From contig CAZIPM010000006.1 in NCBI GenBank assembly GCA_964541395.1, forward strand, positions 7,169 to 71,168: a stretch of 64,000 nucleotides of DNA. Direction: 5' to 3'. Source of the stretch: an uncultured Gammaproteobacteria bacterium. GTDB taxonomy: Bacteria > Patescibacteriota > Microgenomatia > UBA8517. A program made the position numbers and the translations under genes. Shown here piece after piece: positions 50,908-59,681 of this stretch (position 1 is the stretch's first letter; each line of letters opens with the position of its first letter). The notes under the pieces are model-generated. The model had not been told where the DNA came from. It saw nothing but the letters and a program-made list of their open reading frames with translations, and searched no databases.

Positions 50908-51744
50908 ATGAGTACAGGATTTAAATTTATATTTTTCAACTTTTTAATATTTATTTATTTTATATTTCCTTTGAATTCAATTATGGCGTCAAATTTAAAA
51001 GATCAAAAAACCGTACTTATACTCCACGGGTGGCCTCAGCCAGTCGAAGAAAATTCTTCCAATAATATATTTTTGGAATACTTCAGGCAAAATAATTACA
51101 ATATAGTTGCCCCAAAACTCTTTATCAAAGAATTTAAATTAACATCAGAAGATTCAAAAAAGTATATAAAAGAAAAACTAAACGAGGTAAAACCGGACGT
51201 AATTGTGGGGGTTGACTTAGGAGGTATACTTACACCCATAATTGCGGAGGATTATCCTCAAGCAAAGCTTGTATTAATTGCAACAAACCCCAAAATGAAG
51301 CCTGAAACAAAAGGTCTAAAGACTATTTTAGATCTAGTAAAAAATAAAAATTATATTCAAATTTTAGATAGATTTAAATTTTTACCCCAAAAAATATTTT
51401 TCAATTTTTATCAATTTATTATTCCGTTAACTGGCAATGCAAACGGCAGAGATAAATATTTGGCCGATATCAAAACAAATATAAATTACATCATAGCGAT
51501 TCCACTTTCAGAGGAATCGGAAGTTGTAAAATTTGTAACTACTACAGATAACACCGAGCTTCTTAAAACTTTAAATAACAAAGCAATTGTCTTTTCTGGC
51601 AAAAACGATTTATTGATGCCAAACGATAATGATAATGGTTTCAAAAAGTTGTTGAAAAACAGTTTGTTGATAGAAACTGATGGTGGCCACTTTGGAGTTT
51701 TTACTAAAAATAACTTTTCAGATCTAAATGCTTTTTTGGATTAA
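50908..51744 (+). CDS. hypothetical protein, possible alpha/beta-hydrolase-fold
   Basis: 278 aa. N-terminal hydrophobic segment; VLILHGWPQ...VIVGVDLGG is a weak alpha/beta-hydrolase-like pattern without a classical GxSxG. Confidence 0.35.
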   Translation: MSTGFKFIFFNFLIFIYFIFPLNSIMASNLKDQKTVLILHGWPQPVEENSSNNIFLEYFRQNNYNIVAPKLFIKEFKLTSEDSKKYIKEKLNEVKPDVIVGVDLGGILTPIIAEDYPQAKLVLIATNPKMKPETKGLKTILDLVKNKNYIQILDRFKFLPQKIFFNFYQFIIPLTGNANGRDKYLADIKTNINYIIAIPLSEESEVVKFVTTTDNTELLKTLNNKAIVFSGKNDLLMPNDNDNGFKKLLKNSLLIETDGGHFGVFTKNNFSDLNAFLD

Positions 51745-51794
51745 AACCTAACTTACTCTGTATTTATCTAATTAGTATCTCCCTCAATAAACGC

Positions 51795-51968
51795 CTATTG
51801 TTTTCCTAACTTGTCAATTCTTCTATTGATGTTATTAAAACTGTCACTAATTTCATTTCTGAAATTACTCAATTCAGAAGCTAATTTACCAATCTTATTT
51901 AGTAATTCATCCTTTAAATCACTTTGGCCATTTATTATTTTAGCTAACATTTTCTGAGTATCATCCAT
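51795..51968 (-). CDS. possible 57-aa coiled-coil small protein
   Basis: ATG-initiated ORF (MDDTQKMLAKIINGQSDLKDELLNKIGKLASELSNFRNEI...) in an otherwise empty 270-bp gap; below the ORF-track cut-off. Confidence 0.25.
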   Translation of the reverse strand: MDDTQKMLAKIINGQSDLKDELLNKIGKLASELSNFRNEISDSFNNINRRIDKLGKQ

Positions 51969-52012
51969 TGATACAATATTATCCAGATATTTCTTAATTT
52001 CAAGATGTCTTA

Positions 52013-53491
52013 CTATATCTCGGAAATTCTATCCAAAAGATCGTCATCCCAAAATACCAATTTTTCTTCGGGAAACAAAAATGCTTTGTCGGGTGTTAAT
52101 TCTTTGATAAATTCCGCCGTGTGGGAGACAACAATCATTGTTCCTTTGTACTCTTTTAAAGACTCCAAAATAATTCTTTGTGACATAACATCCAGATATG
52201 TGGTTGGCTCATCCAAAATTAACAGGTTGTTATCCTCACCAGTTAGAATTGAAATTGACAGCCTGGTCTTTTCCCCTCCGGACAGGCTTCCCACACTCTG
52301 AAATACCTTGTCACCCGACAACATATATCTACCCAAAAAAGATCTGGCAAAACTTTCGTCTCTTTTTGTAGCTTCACAAAAAGTATCAATCACTGTCTTT
52401 GTAAAATCAAAGGTTTCAAATTCTTGGGAATAATAACCAATTAATAGCTCGGGGTGTTTATAAATTTCTCCGAAAGATGCATTTGTTAGACCCATTAATA
52501 TTTTTATCAAGGTACTTTTTCCTGTACCGTTTGCCCCAATTAATGCGATTCTCTGTTTTCTTATCAAACTTAAGTTCACATCACGCAAAACTGAGTTATC
52601 ACCAAAACTTTTTGAAATAGAACTGGCCTTAAGCACAAGCTCTCCTATTTTTTTAGGTTCAGGAAGTTTGACGGATATCTTTCTGAGATCAACCGGCATT
52701 TGCGGCAACAACATTTTTTCCTTTTCTATTTTTCTTTGCTGTTGAACCCTCCTTCTTACACCTTTTTTGGATGTAAACCTGGCCATTTTTTTAAGACCCT
52801 CCTCCATACTGTGGATATGTTTAGTTTTGACTTGTATTTGCTTTGAAAGAAGAGTTTCTTTTTCTTTTTTAAGACGGATATAGTCTGAATAATTACCTTT
52901 ATATTCGTCAATCGACTGCGTTACCGGGTTTACAGCCAATACTTTATTAATAGCTTTATCCATCAGGTTCAAATCGTGAGAGATAACAATTACGGTGCCT
53001 TCATATTCCGACAAAAATTTCATTACCCAGATTTTACCTGCCTTATCCATAAAGTTGGTTGGTTCATCCAAAAGTAATATATCCGGTTTTTGTAAGAGTG
53101 CTTTAGCTAAAGCAAGTTTTGTCTTTTGTCCTCCTGAGAGTTTATTTGGGTCTTGGTCAAGCTTAGTTATCAGTTCTAGACCAGAAAAAAGCCTTTGAAT
53201 TTCGTGGTTCTTTAAATTCTTTGAAGGGTTTAAGTATTCTTTAACGGTGGCTGATACCTCCATATCTGGGTCATACTTGATTTCTTGAGGAACCAACTTT
53301 ACCTTTCCGATTGTAGCTACCTTTCCACTAAAACCGTCATCTTCACCTGTAATTATTGAAAGTAAAGTTGACTTACCAGACCCATTCGGTCCGACAAGTC
53401 CCACTTTTTGTCCTTTACCCACAACAAAATTAACCTTAGTGTATAAAGGTTTGTCAGAATAACCAAATGTGAGATTGGTAATTTTCAACAT
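52013..53491 (-). CDS. ABC-F family ATPase (tandem ABC domains, no TM domain)
   Basis: 492 aa. Two Walker A sites (GPNGSGKST; GANGTGKST), two ABC signatures (LSGGQKTK; LSGGEKTR), and a linker between them. Confidence 0.85.
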   Translation of the reverse strand: MLKITNLTFGYSDKPLYTKVNFVVGKGQKVGLVGPNGSGKSTLLSIITGEDDGFSGKVATIGKVKLVPQEIKYDPDMEVSATVKEYLNPSKNLKNHEIQRLFSGLELITKLDQDPNKLSGGQKTKLALAKALLQKPDILLLDEPTNFMDKAGKIWVMKFLSEYEGTVIVISHDLNLMDKAINKVLAVNPVTQSIDEYKGNYSDYIRLKKEKETLLSKQIQVKTKHIHSMEEGLKKMARFTSKKGVRRRVQQQRKIEKEKMLLPQMPVDLRKISVKLPEPKKIGELVLKASSISKSFGDNSVLRDVNLSLIRKQRIALIGANGTGKSTLIKILMGLTNASFGEIYKHPELLIGYYSQEFETFDFTKTVIDTFCEATKRDESFARSFLGRYMLSGDKVFQSVGSLSGGEKTRLSISILTGEDNNLLILDEPTTYLDVMSQRIILESLKEYKGTMIVVSHTAEFIKELTPDKAFLFPEEKLVFWDDDLLDRISEI

Positions 53492-53524
53492 GAAGCTATT
53501 ATAGCTTATTCAACTGAACGTTAA

Positions 53525-54271
53525 TTAACCATGAGGAACTAAAAGTAGAGTCAAGATAATTATACCCGATCCCAAAAGAAGCGGCAGAATTGATTTGACT
53601 TTACTGGTACTTCCTTCTTTAATTTTTGGTAAAAAGTCACTGGCTCCCAAATAAAGGAAAATTCCCGCAGACACAGCCATTAATGAGCCGTTTATATATT
53701 TATTTTCATTTAAAAAGTAAATTGCAAAGGCACCGACTACTGTCATTAAGGATGATATTATGTTGACATTTAAAATCCTTGCTCTGCTCCAACCTGCTTT
53801 TAAAAGAATTCCAAAATCTCCTATTTCATGAGGTACTTCATGTAAAAAAGTTGAAAGTGCGGTTACAAATGCAAGTCCCGGACTGATCATAAAACTTGCC
53901 CCAATTGCTATTCCGTCTATGAAATTGTGAATTGTATCACCAAAAATCACCAGACCTATTGAGGATTGTTTGATTTCTTTATGGTGGTCATCCTCATCCC
54001 CATGATGATGGATTCCAAAAAATAAATGCTCAAAAAGATAGACCCCTAAAAATGAGAAAAGAACTAGCCAGAGTGCCAGCTCTCCTATCTCATGTTCTGA
54101 TTCAGGAATAAGACCCAAAAGTGATACGGTTACCAATACACCTGCGGCAAATGGTACAGAATATTTTTCCAAAACATTGGATAGTTTTCTGTTGAATAAA
54201 AAAATGACTCCTCCAAAAAGTGCTATTACACTCCCTAGAAGTGCTAATAATAATAAATTAAGCTGTTCCAT
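53525..54271 (-). CDS. zupT: ZIP-family divalent metal transporter (ZupT-like)
   Basis: 248 aa. HEVPHEIGDFGIL signature and a His-rich loop (HHHGDEDDHH). Confidence 0.85.
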   Translation of the reverse strand: MEQLNLLLLALLGSVIALFGGVIFLFNRKLSNVLEKYSVPFAAGVLVTVSLLGLIPESEHEIGELALWLVLFSFLGVYLFEHLFFGIHHHGDEDDHHKEIKQSSIGLVIFGDTIHNFIDGIAIGASFMISPGLAFVTALSTFLHEVPHEIGDFGILLKAGWSRARILNVNIISSLMTVVGAFAIYFLNENKYINGSLMAVSAGIFLYLGASDFLPKIKEGSTSKVKSILPLLLGSGIIILTLLLVPHG

Positions 54272-54349
54272 ATTATTTAGTATAGTTTACACATAGTATT
54301 TAGAATTCAAAAGTACGACTTTTAATTCGTATGAAAGTAGCAACAAAAT

Positions 54350-55537
54350 TTATAAGCTGCCAGAAGTAGTATCGACAATTTTAAGTCTATACTTTATATT
54401 TCTGTAGTAGAAATAAATCAGAATATTTATAAGGATTGTTGCAGATATTAATACCAGCAGATATAACCAACCGGCATTTGTAATTCTTGGTAATTCAGTT
54501 TTAGTTAGATATCCAACTATTCCGGAAATTACTCCAATACTCGTGATGAGCTGCAACGATTTAATACTATTGTTTAAACTTTGGTTTTCTATTTCTGTCA
54601 AAACCGAGGTTACATTTTTTACATAATCTTTTGTCATCATCCAAACCTCTTTAATGTATGCAAGTGTGTTTGATAACGTTTCGAATTTATAATCAAACAC
54701 TTTCACTAAATGTTCTTCTATTTTAAGCTCTGCTGAAATAGATTGTCTGGTTTTGATATAAGATCCCATTTGATTAATTCTGTTATTAATTAAATTTATT
54801 GATCTGTCGTAGCTTTCCAACCGCATTCTGTTTTTAACTATATCTTGTCCTCTTATGCTTCCTTTATCTTTGATATTAGTTATCTCCTCCCAAATTGTTC
54901 TGTGAATATTTAAGTACCTTTCTAGTTGGTCTTTGAATTCTCTGAAAAACACTTGCATTCCGACCAGATCCATGCTAGATTTAACATCTGCTTTATTGAC
55001 TGCAATTATTATGTAATCAGGTGTTTTAAATACATTAAATTTATCGGAATAGATTATTGAATAGACTTCACCAAATATGTTTTTATCTACCTTAAATAAT
55101 GAAGGGTCTGTTGTTTCAACTAGAACCACTGACGGATGATCTGACTTTATATGTGCAAGTACTTTTGGTGTGGGAGCACCTAGTGAGAAGATATATGAAA
55201 TTGCAGGATTAAGTAACTCGTTGTAAAATTTTTCCAGTTTATCTTTTGCAATATCTACAAAATCTGCTTCGGTCTCCAAGAGGTAAAGCCCATCCTCATA
55301 ATAATAAAGTGTTATGCCGTTATTATTCTTAGCTAAAACATATTCTAAGAAGTCATTTTCTCTGGTTACTTGTCTAAAATTCAACTTATTTTTTAATTCC
55401 AAAATCTTTTCTTTATTTAGTGGCAGGTTCGAATGTCCTAAAAATAGCAGGTCGTATATCTCGCTTAGGTGAAGAGTTGTTCTTTGATACCAGCCACCGT
55501 AATAAACTTTATATTTCATATTAGTTAATATTAACAC
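54350..55537 (-). CDS. hypothetical protein with large soluble N-terminal domain and two C-terminal TM helices
   Basis: 395 aa. CorA-like topology, but no GMN motif recognised. Confidence 0.4.
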   Translation of the reverse strand: MLILTNMKYKVYYGGWYQRTTLHLSEIYDLLFLGHSNLPLNKEKILELKNKLNFRQVTRENDFLEYVLAKNNNGITLYYYEDGLYLLETEADFVDIAKDKLEKFYNELLNPAISYIFSLGAPTPKVLAHIKSDHPSVVLVETTDPSLFKVDKNIFGEVYSIIYSDKFNVFKTPDYIIIAVNKADVKSSMDLVGMQVFFREFKDQLERYLNIHRTIWEEITNIKDKGSIRGQDIVKNRMRLESYDRSINLINNRINQMGSYIKTRQSISAELKIEEHLVKVFDYKFETLSNTLAYIKEVWMMTKDYVKNVTSVLTEIENQSLNNSIKSLQLITSIGVISGIVGYLTKTELPRITNAGWLYLLVLISATILINILIYFYYRNIKYRLKIVDTTSGSL

Positions 55538-55603
55538 ATATTTAATTTACTATTTTCGTGTTGATATTGTAAAAAATTAATAGCTTTTTTGAAGTCTTGA
55601 GAT

Positions 55604-55915
55604 TTACTGTCTGATTATTAATAAAAACGCAATAAAAATTATTAGAATAACCAAAAGCGAAACCGTTGTAACCAAAATAACACTTGCTGCAGCTTGTTTT
55701 TTACCCTCAGTAAAAAGTTTGTATGGATAATAAAAAACTAGTAATCCGCAAATCATCGCTGAGACTAAAAACATTAGCAAAAAAGTAATCGGACCTAGAA
55801 TTGATTTCATCTGTCCAAAGATGGTTTCTCCATTCCACATTAAAAAACCGACTAAACTACAATACAAAGTAACACCCAATGCCTGAAGTAAACCTATTTT
55901 TTGTTCTTTTCCCAC
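55604..55915 (-). CDS. small integral membrane protein (3 TM)
   Basis: 103-aa ORF. Confidence 0.4.
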   Translation of the reverse strand: MGKEQKIGLLQALGVTLYCSLVGFLMWNGETIFGQMKSILGPITFLLMFLVSAMICGLLVFYYPYKLFTEGKKQAAASVILVTTVSLLVILIIFIAFLLIIRQ

Positions 55916-56043
55916 CAGGTCTATTATACAACCGTATGCAAGCTGATGAAATTAATACTTAAGCCTTAACTGCATTCTGCAATATCTGGATATATTTGGC
56001 AGCATCTGGTAATATATGGTAATAATTATTTACAAACGTAATA

Positions 56044-57039
56044 ATGTTAATTCCACCCAAATATTTTCTGACTCCTAGTGTCTCAAGACTTCTTTCCGAA
56101 ATAGAAGGTTCGAAACAAGTGGTAGATTCGGTGAAAATTCCCTTGGAGGTTGAAGCAAACATCAGAAGAAAATCAACACTCCAAAGCTCCCTTTTTTCTG
56201 CACGAATTGAGGGCAATAACACAACTCCCGACACTCTTCCAAAACTGTCATCAAGTGACCTTAAGAAAGTGGAAATTAATAATGTACTCCGGGCAATTAA
56301 CTGGGCTGCTCAACGTTCTGCCCGTGATATCACAGTTAAGGATATTCTCAATTTACACAGTTTGGTAATGAAAGGAATTGATTTTGATGAACTTGGAAGA
56401 TTCAGGACTAAACACGAAGGAATATTTTCATCTGCAGGAGCAGTCATCTATCATGCTCCCCCTCCCAAATTAATCGTGGGTCTAATTGAGAGATTACTGA
56501 AATACGTCAACCGTAATAAAGAAATCTTTGTTCCAATACGGGCGATTTTGGCTCATTTCATTTTTGAAAAAATACATCCGTTCACTGACGGTTCAGGAAG
56601 AGTGGGAAGATTATTTCTTTTAATGGTTCTTTCAAAAGCCGGTTATGGCTTTAAAGGAATTCTGCCTATTGAAGAAAAAATTGATAAAAGAAGAGATATT
56701 TATTACAAAATGCTTGAGGAACCTGAAAGAGACGTAACAGACTATCTTGAATTCATGCTTGAGATATTAAATGAAGCTACTTCAGATACCAAAAAGAATG
56801 TTCTCAACTATCAGAAAATAACACCTTCTGATTTACTACTTCCCCGAAGATCTGAAATATTATCTATTATTAATGACCAAAAAATAATCAATTTTGATTC
56901 CATTAAACGAAGATTTAAAAATATCAATGAAAGAACTTTAAGATATGATCTTAAAAAACTGGCAGATAGTGGTTTTATCCAAAAACTAGGAACAACCAGA
57001 GGAGTATATTACAAATCACTAGAGAGCAAGAACGAATGA
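56044..57039 (+). CDS. Fic-family protein (Fic/Doc fold; probable AMP-transferase) with C-terminal winged-helix-like domain
   Basis: 331 aa. Fic motif HPFTDGSGRVGR matches HPFx[DE]GNGRxxR with N->S. Confidence 0.8.
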   Translation: MLIPPKYFLTPSVSRLLSEIEGSKQVVDSVKIPLEVEANIRRKSTLQSSLFSARIEGNNTTPDTLPKLSSSDLKKVEINNVLRAINWAAQRSARDITVKDILNLHSLVMKGIDFDELGRFRTKHEGIFSSAGAVIYHAPPPKLIVGLIERLLKYVNRNKEIFVPIRAILAHFIFEKIHPFTDGSGRVGRLFLLMVLSKAGYGFKGILPIEEKIDKRRDIYYKMLEEPERDVTDYLEFMLEILNEATSDTKKNVLNYQKITPSDLLLPRRSEILSIINDQKIINFDSIKRRFKNINERTLRYDLKKLADSGFIQKLGTTRGVYYKSLESKNE

Positions 57040-57123
57040 GAAGATAATTATTGCCAAACCTGCAACCATTCCAACTACAGCTGGCCAACCCATACCTGTT
57101 TCAGGTATAGGTACAGGAGATGC
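57008..57123. repeat. 116-bp exact direct repeat, copy 1
   Basis: Identical to 57803-57918. Contains the last 10 codons of fic on the plus strand and a PIPETG...VLAL tail-coding segment on the minus strand. Degenerate homology continues about 25 bp beyond the repeat. Confidence 0.85.
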
Positions 57124-57147
57124 GATGGGATCTTGTGAGATCGACAT
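57019..57147 (-). pseudogene. 42-aa mini-ORF that is a truncated paralogous copy of the sorting-signal-like C-terminus of the 247-aa surface protein
   Basis: MSISQDPIASPVPIPETGMGWPAVVGMVAGLAIIIFSFVLAL. Compare ...TSISQGPTASPVPIPETGMGW...VLAL at the end of 57814..58557. It overlaps the fic 3' end antisense. Confidence 0.3.
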
Positions 57148-57210
57148 ATCATTACTAAGTTAAATGGTCCTACTTAGCAGTTGACGAATAGTCTCTCTGA
57201 AGTTTTGGAT

Positions 57211-57573
57211 TTATAAATCGCCTCTCTCTTGCAAAACCTGCCTTGCTAGTTCAATTGTTTGTTTAGTATCTCTCAACCAAACTTCTTTTCGTTCTGATGA
57301 TAAAACTATACCTCCTGGCGCTGCCATGCCAGTCGTTTCAATCGAATTTAACGTTTGTTCGCGACTTGGAATTACTTGATACATTAAAGTGTCTGATTTT
57401 ATACTCCTTAGGAGATTTAATTCATCTTGACGTTTTTCTTCATCACTCTTTGGTTTTGATGGTTCAACTGATCTTGAACTTCCTAAACCAAAACTATAAC
57501 CAGATCCGCATATATCGTCTTTATTTCTTTCTGACATATTATCTATCCAATCTTTCCTGCTGATTGTCCGCAA
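57211..57573 (-). CDS. hypothetical protein
   Basis: 120-aa ORF inside the segment bracketed by the 116-bp repeats. Confidence 0.35.
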   Translation of the reverse strand: MRTISRKDWIDNMSERNKDDICGSGYSFGLGSSRSVEPSKPKSDEEKRQDELNLLRSIKSDTLMYQVIPSREQTLNSIETTGMAAPGGIVLSSERKEVWLRDTKQTIELARQVLQERGDL

Positions 57574-57802
57574 CAGACGGATTTTTACTTGATTGGTATT
57601 ATAGATCTAAAACTATAACAAAATCAAGTACCGCTGTATGCTCGGAGTTTCCAGCATATGGTCAACTTTACGTCTTCCTTAGACGGTAGGGATTCAAACC
57701 TACTAACTACAACTGTGTTTACCACGTTAAACGTGGCCAAGCTTTGCTTATAGTTACTGCTGTCGTTTCACCGGAGCTTAAATTCAGGGCAAAGTGTAAT
57801 AA

Positions 57803-57918
57803 ATTACAAATCACTAGAGAGCAAGAACGAATGAGAAGATAATTATTGCCAAACCTGCAACCATTCCAACTACAGCTGGCCAACCCATACCTGTTTCAGG
57901 TATAGGTACAGGAGATGC
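57803..57918. repeat. 116-bp exact direct repeat, copy 2
   Basis: Identical to 57008-57123; covers the authentic 3' end of the 247-aa surface protein gene. Confidence 0.85.
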
Positions 57919-58557
57919 AGTGGGACCCTGTGAGATAGACGTTGATGTAGCAGTTGGTGCAGCTGTTGCAGTCGATCCTGTGGATGTTGTAGTAGGTGTT
58001 GCAGTTTTGGCTACAGACGTGGAAGTATTTGTGGGTTTCACAGTTGCTGTTGCTGTTGGGCTACTTGCTGAAGTGGCGGTTGCTGTTGCTTTAGTAGTGG
58101 CGGTTGCTGTTGCTGTTGCAGTAGTTGTTGCTGTAGCAGTTGCAGTCGCCATGGCAGTTGCTGTTGGCAAGGATGTAGGCGTTGCAGTTGATTGAGGACA
58201 AAGGGACAGATTTGTTGTCCATGATCCACCGGCAGAAGGACAACAGTATTGAGAGCCTCCACAAACTTCTATTCTGCCTGCAGCATTACAAAGACTATCA
58301 ATGGGAGTATTATCTGCATCAGGAGGTGTACAGTTTCGAAGCAAATTGGGGTTTCCCGGAACAGGACATTGTTGAGCAGCGGGACAATTTGTGCTTGCCT
58401 GTTCTCTGATATCCTGATTTTGTTTGATAAGAAGAATTCCTGCTACCAAACCAATTACCACAACCAAAACTCCGATAATTGCCCAAATTATTTTTTTGTC
58501 GATTTTATTCCCTGTTTTTGGAGTTGTTCCTACAACTTTCAATTCACCATCTGCCAT
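57814..58557 (-). CDS. surface protein: N-terminal TM anchor, 10-Cys domain, Thr/Ala-rich mucin-like linker, C-terminal PIPETG + hydrophobic tail
   Basis: 247 aa. The low-complexity TATATATT linker generates spurious antisense ORFs in the track. The C-terminus resembles a sortase-type sorting signal but lacks a basic tail. Confidence 0.65.
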   Translation of the reverse strand: MADGELKVVGTTPKTGNKIDKKIIWAIIGVLVVVIGLVAGILLIKQNQDIREQASTNCPAAQQCPVPGNPNLLRNCTPPDADNTPIDSLCNAAGRIEVCGGSQYCCPSAGGSWTTNLSLCPQSTATPTSLPTATAMATATATATTTATATATATTKATATATSASSPTATATVKPTNTSTSVAKTATPTTTSTGSTATAAPTATSTSISQGPTASPVPIPETGMGWPAVVGMVAGLAIIIFSFVLAL

Positions 58558-58652
58558 CTTTATACCTTACACTATTTAAGGGACTTGTTTCAACCTTAAA
58601 AATTGTTTATCATTTGTAGCTGTACTAAAGTCAGTTGTTTACTTAAATCTAT

Positions 58653-59039
58653 ATGGCAACCAAATTCAAAGAATATTTCGACAGAATGTTGGAAACGGAA
58701 AAGGAGCTTTTTGAAAAATTTCAAGATCTTCACGATAGATACTCCCTAAACCAAGAATCTATGCAGGACATATTTAACCAAGAAGGTGAAAAAATCATGA
58801 AAGTAATCAGGGAATGGGAGGCCAAACTGTGTAGTCAATCTGAAAAAGCGGGTTATGGTGGTTATACATCTAATCTCTCGGAAAAATTCTGGGGTGAAGT
58901 CAGAAATAAATTTCCAATGATTGACTTTATTGGAGTAATTTCAAAAACCAACACTATTCAACCTGCATATGCTGATATAAAATCTCAATTAAACAAACAG
59001 GAAAATCTATTTAAAATTAAAAAAATAAATCTTCAGTAA
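58653..59039 (+). CDS. hypothetical protein
   Basis: 128-aa ORF; helical. Confidence 0.4.
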   Translation: MATKFKEYFDRMLETEKELFEKFQDLHDRYSLNQESMQDIFNQEGEKIMKVIREWEAKLCSQSEKAGYGGYTSNLSEKFWGEVRNKFPMIDFIGVISKTNTIQPAYADIKSQLNKQENLFKIKKINLQ

Positions 59040-59677
59040 GTTATTTTTACTTTGCCACTTCCAAAAGTTATTTCAAAAGTATTTAAGGATTTAAGCTGTA
59101 CTCTATACAAGTTTCTACCTGCCCATAAACTTAAGTTTCCAGATGAAATTTGCGTCAGGCTGGAATTGTTACTCAAATTTATTTCACTACCATTAACGGC
59201 AATCCCATGGGTAACATCGTAAAGTCTGGCATAAGCAGTTCCGTTACTATGAGCTACTTTTAGATAAGCTTCCCATGAACTAAGTGCATTTAAGTTGTAA
59301 TCTTTTTCCAAATCCAAATAAAAATCGGTTCCTGGTGCATCGTACCAACTTGATGAGGTTGTAGTTATGGGACCACTTAAGGGAATATATGACACTTGAG
59401 TCTTTAACTGCTTAGAAAGAGGGGTTGAAGTTACTATCTTTGTTGATTCTTTTATAGTGCCGGACATTGATGACACAGCCTGAGAGACTGCATCATTGAT
59501 TCTTTTAATACATTCATTTCCACAATCGTTTACGCCTGAATTATTTGTTGTCTCAATTATTACATCTTGAGGTGTTGGAATTGAGTCTTTTGTTGTATCT
59601 TTGGAAACTAGTACCCAAGATACTGTCCCAAGTAACAAAAGTGTTAAGAAAAAATTAAAATAGACTAAAATCTTCAT
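59033..59677 (-). CDS. secreted or membrane-anchored hypothetical protein
   Basis: 214 aa; N-terminal signal anchor; Ser/Thr-rich. Confidence 0.45.
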   Translation of the reverse strand: MKILVYFNFFLTLLLLGTVSWVLVSKDTTKDSIPTPQDVIIETTNNSGVNDCGNECIKRINDAVSQAVSSMSGTIKESTKIVTSTPLSKQLKTQVSYIPLSGPITTTSSSWYDAPGTDFYLDLEKDYNLNALSSWEAYLKVAHSNGTAYARLYDVTHGIAVNGSEINLSNNSSLTQISSGNLSLWAGRNLYRVQLKSLNTFEITFGSGKVKITY

Positions 59678-59681
59678 TTAT

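Noticed and set aside
57640-57790. Complete tRNA gene on the minus strand
   Set aside because: Only a T-arm-like hairpin (GTAGG-TTTGAAT-CCTAC, with T instead of the conserved C56) is present. No acceptor-stem partner for CGTCTAA or D/anticodon arms could be found, so it is at best a tRNA-like fragment.
57920-58409. Track ORFs 57920..58195 (+), 58038..58262 (-), 58182..58409 (+) and 58249..58599 (+)
   Set aside because: These are frame or strand shadows of the Thr/Ala-rich low-complexity linker and Cys-rich domain of the 247-aa minus-strand gene. They have Ala/Val- or Gln-homopolymeric translations and no independent signals.
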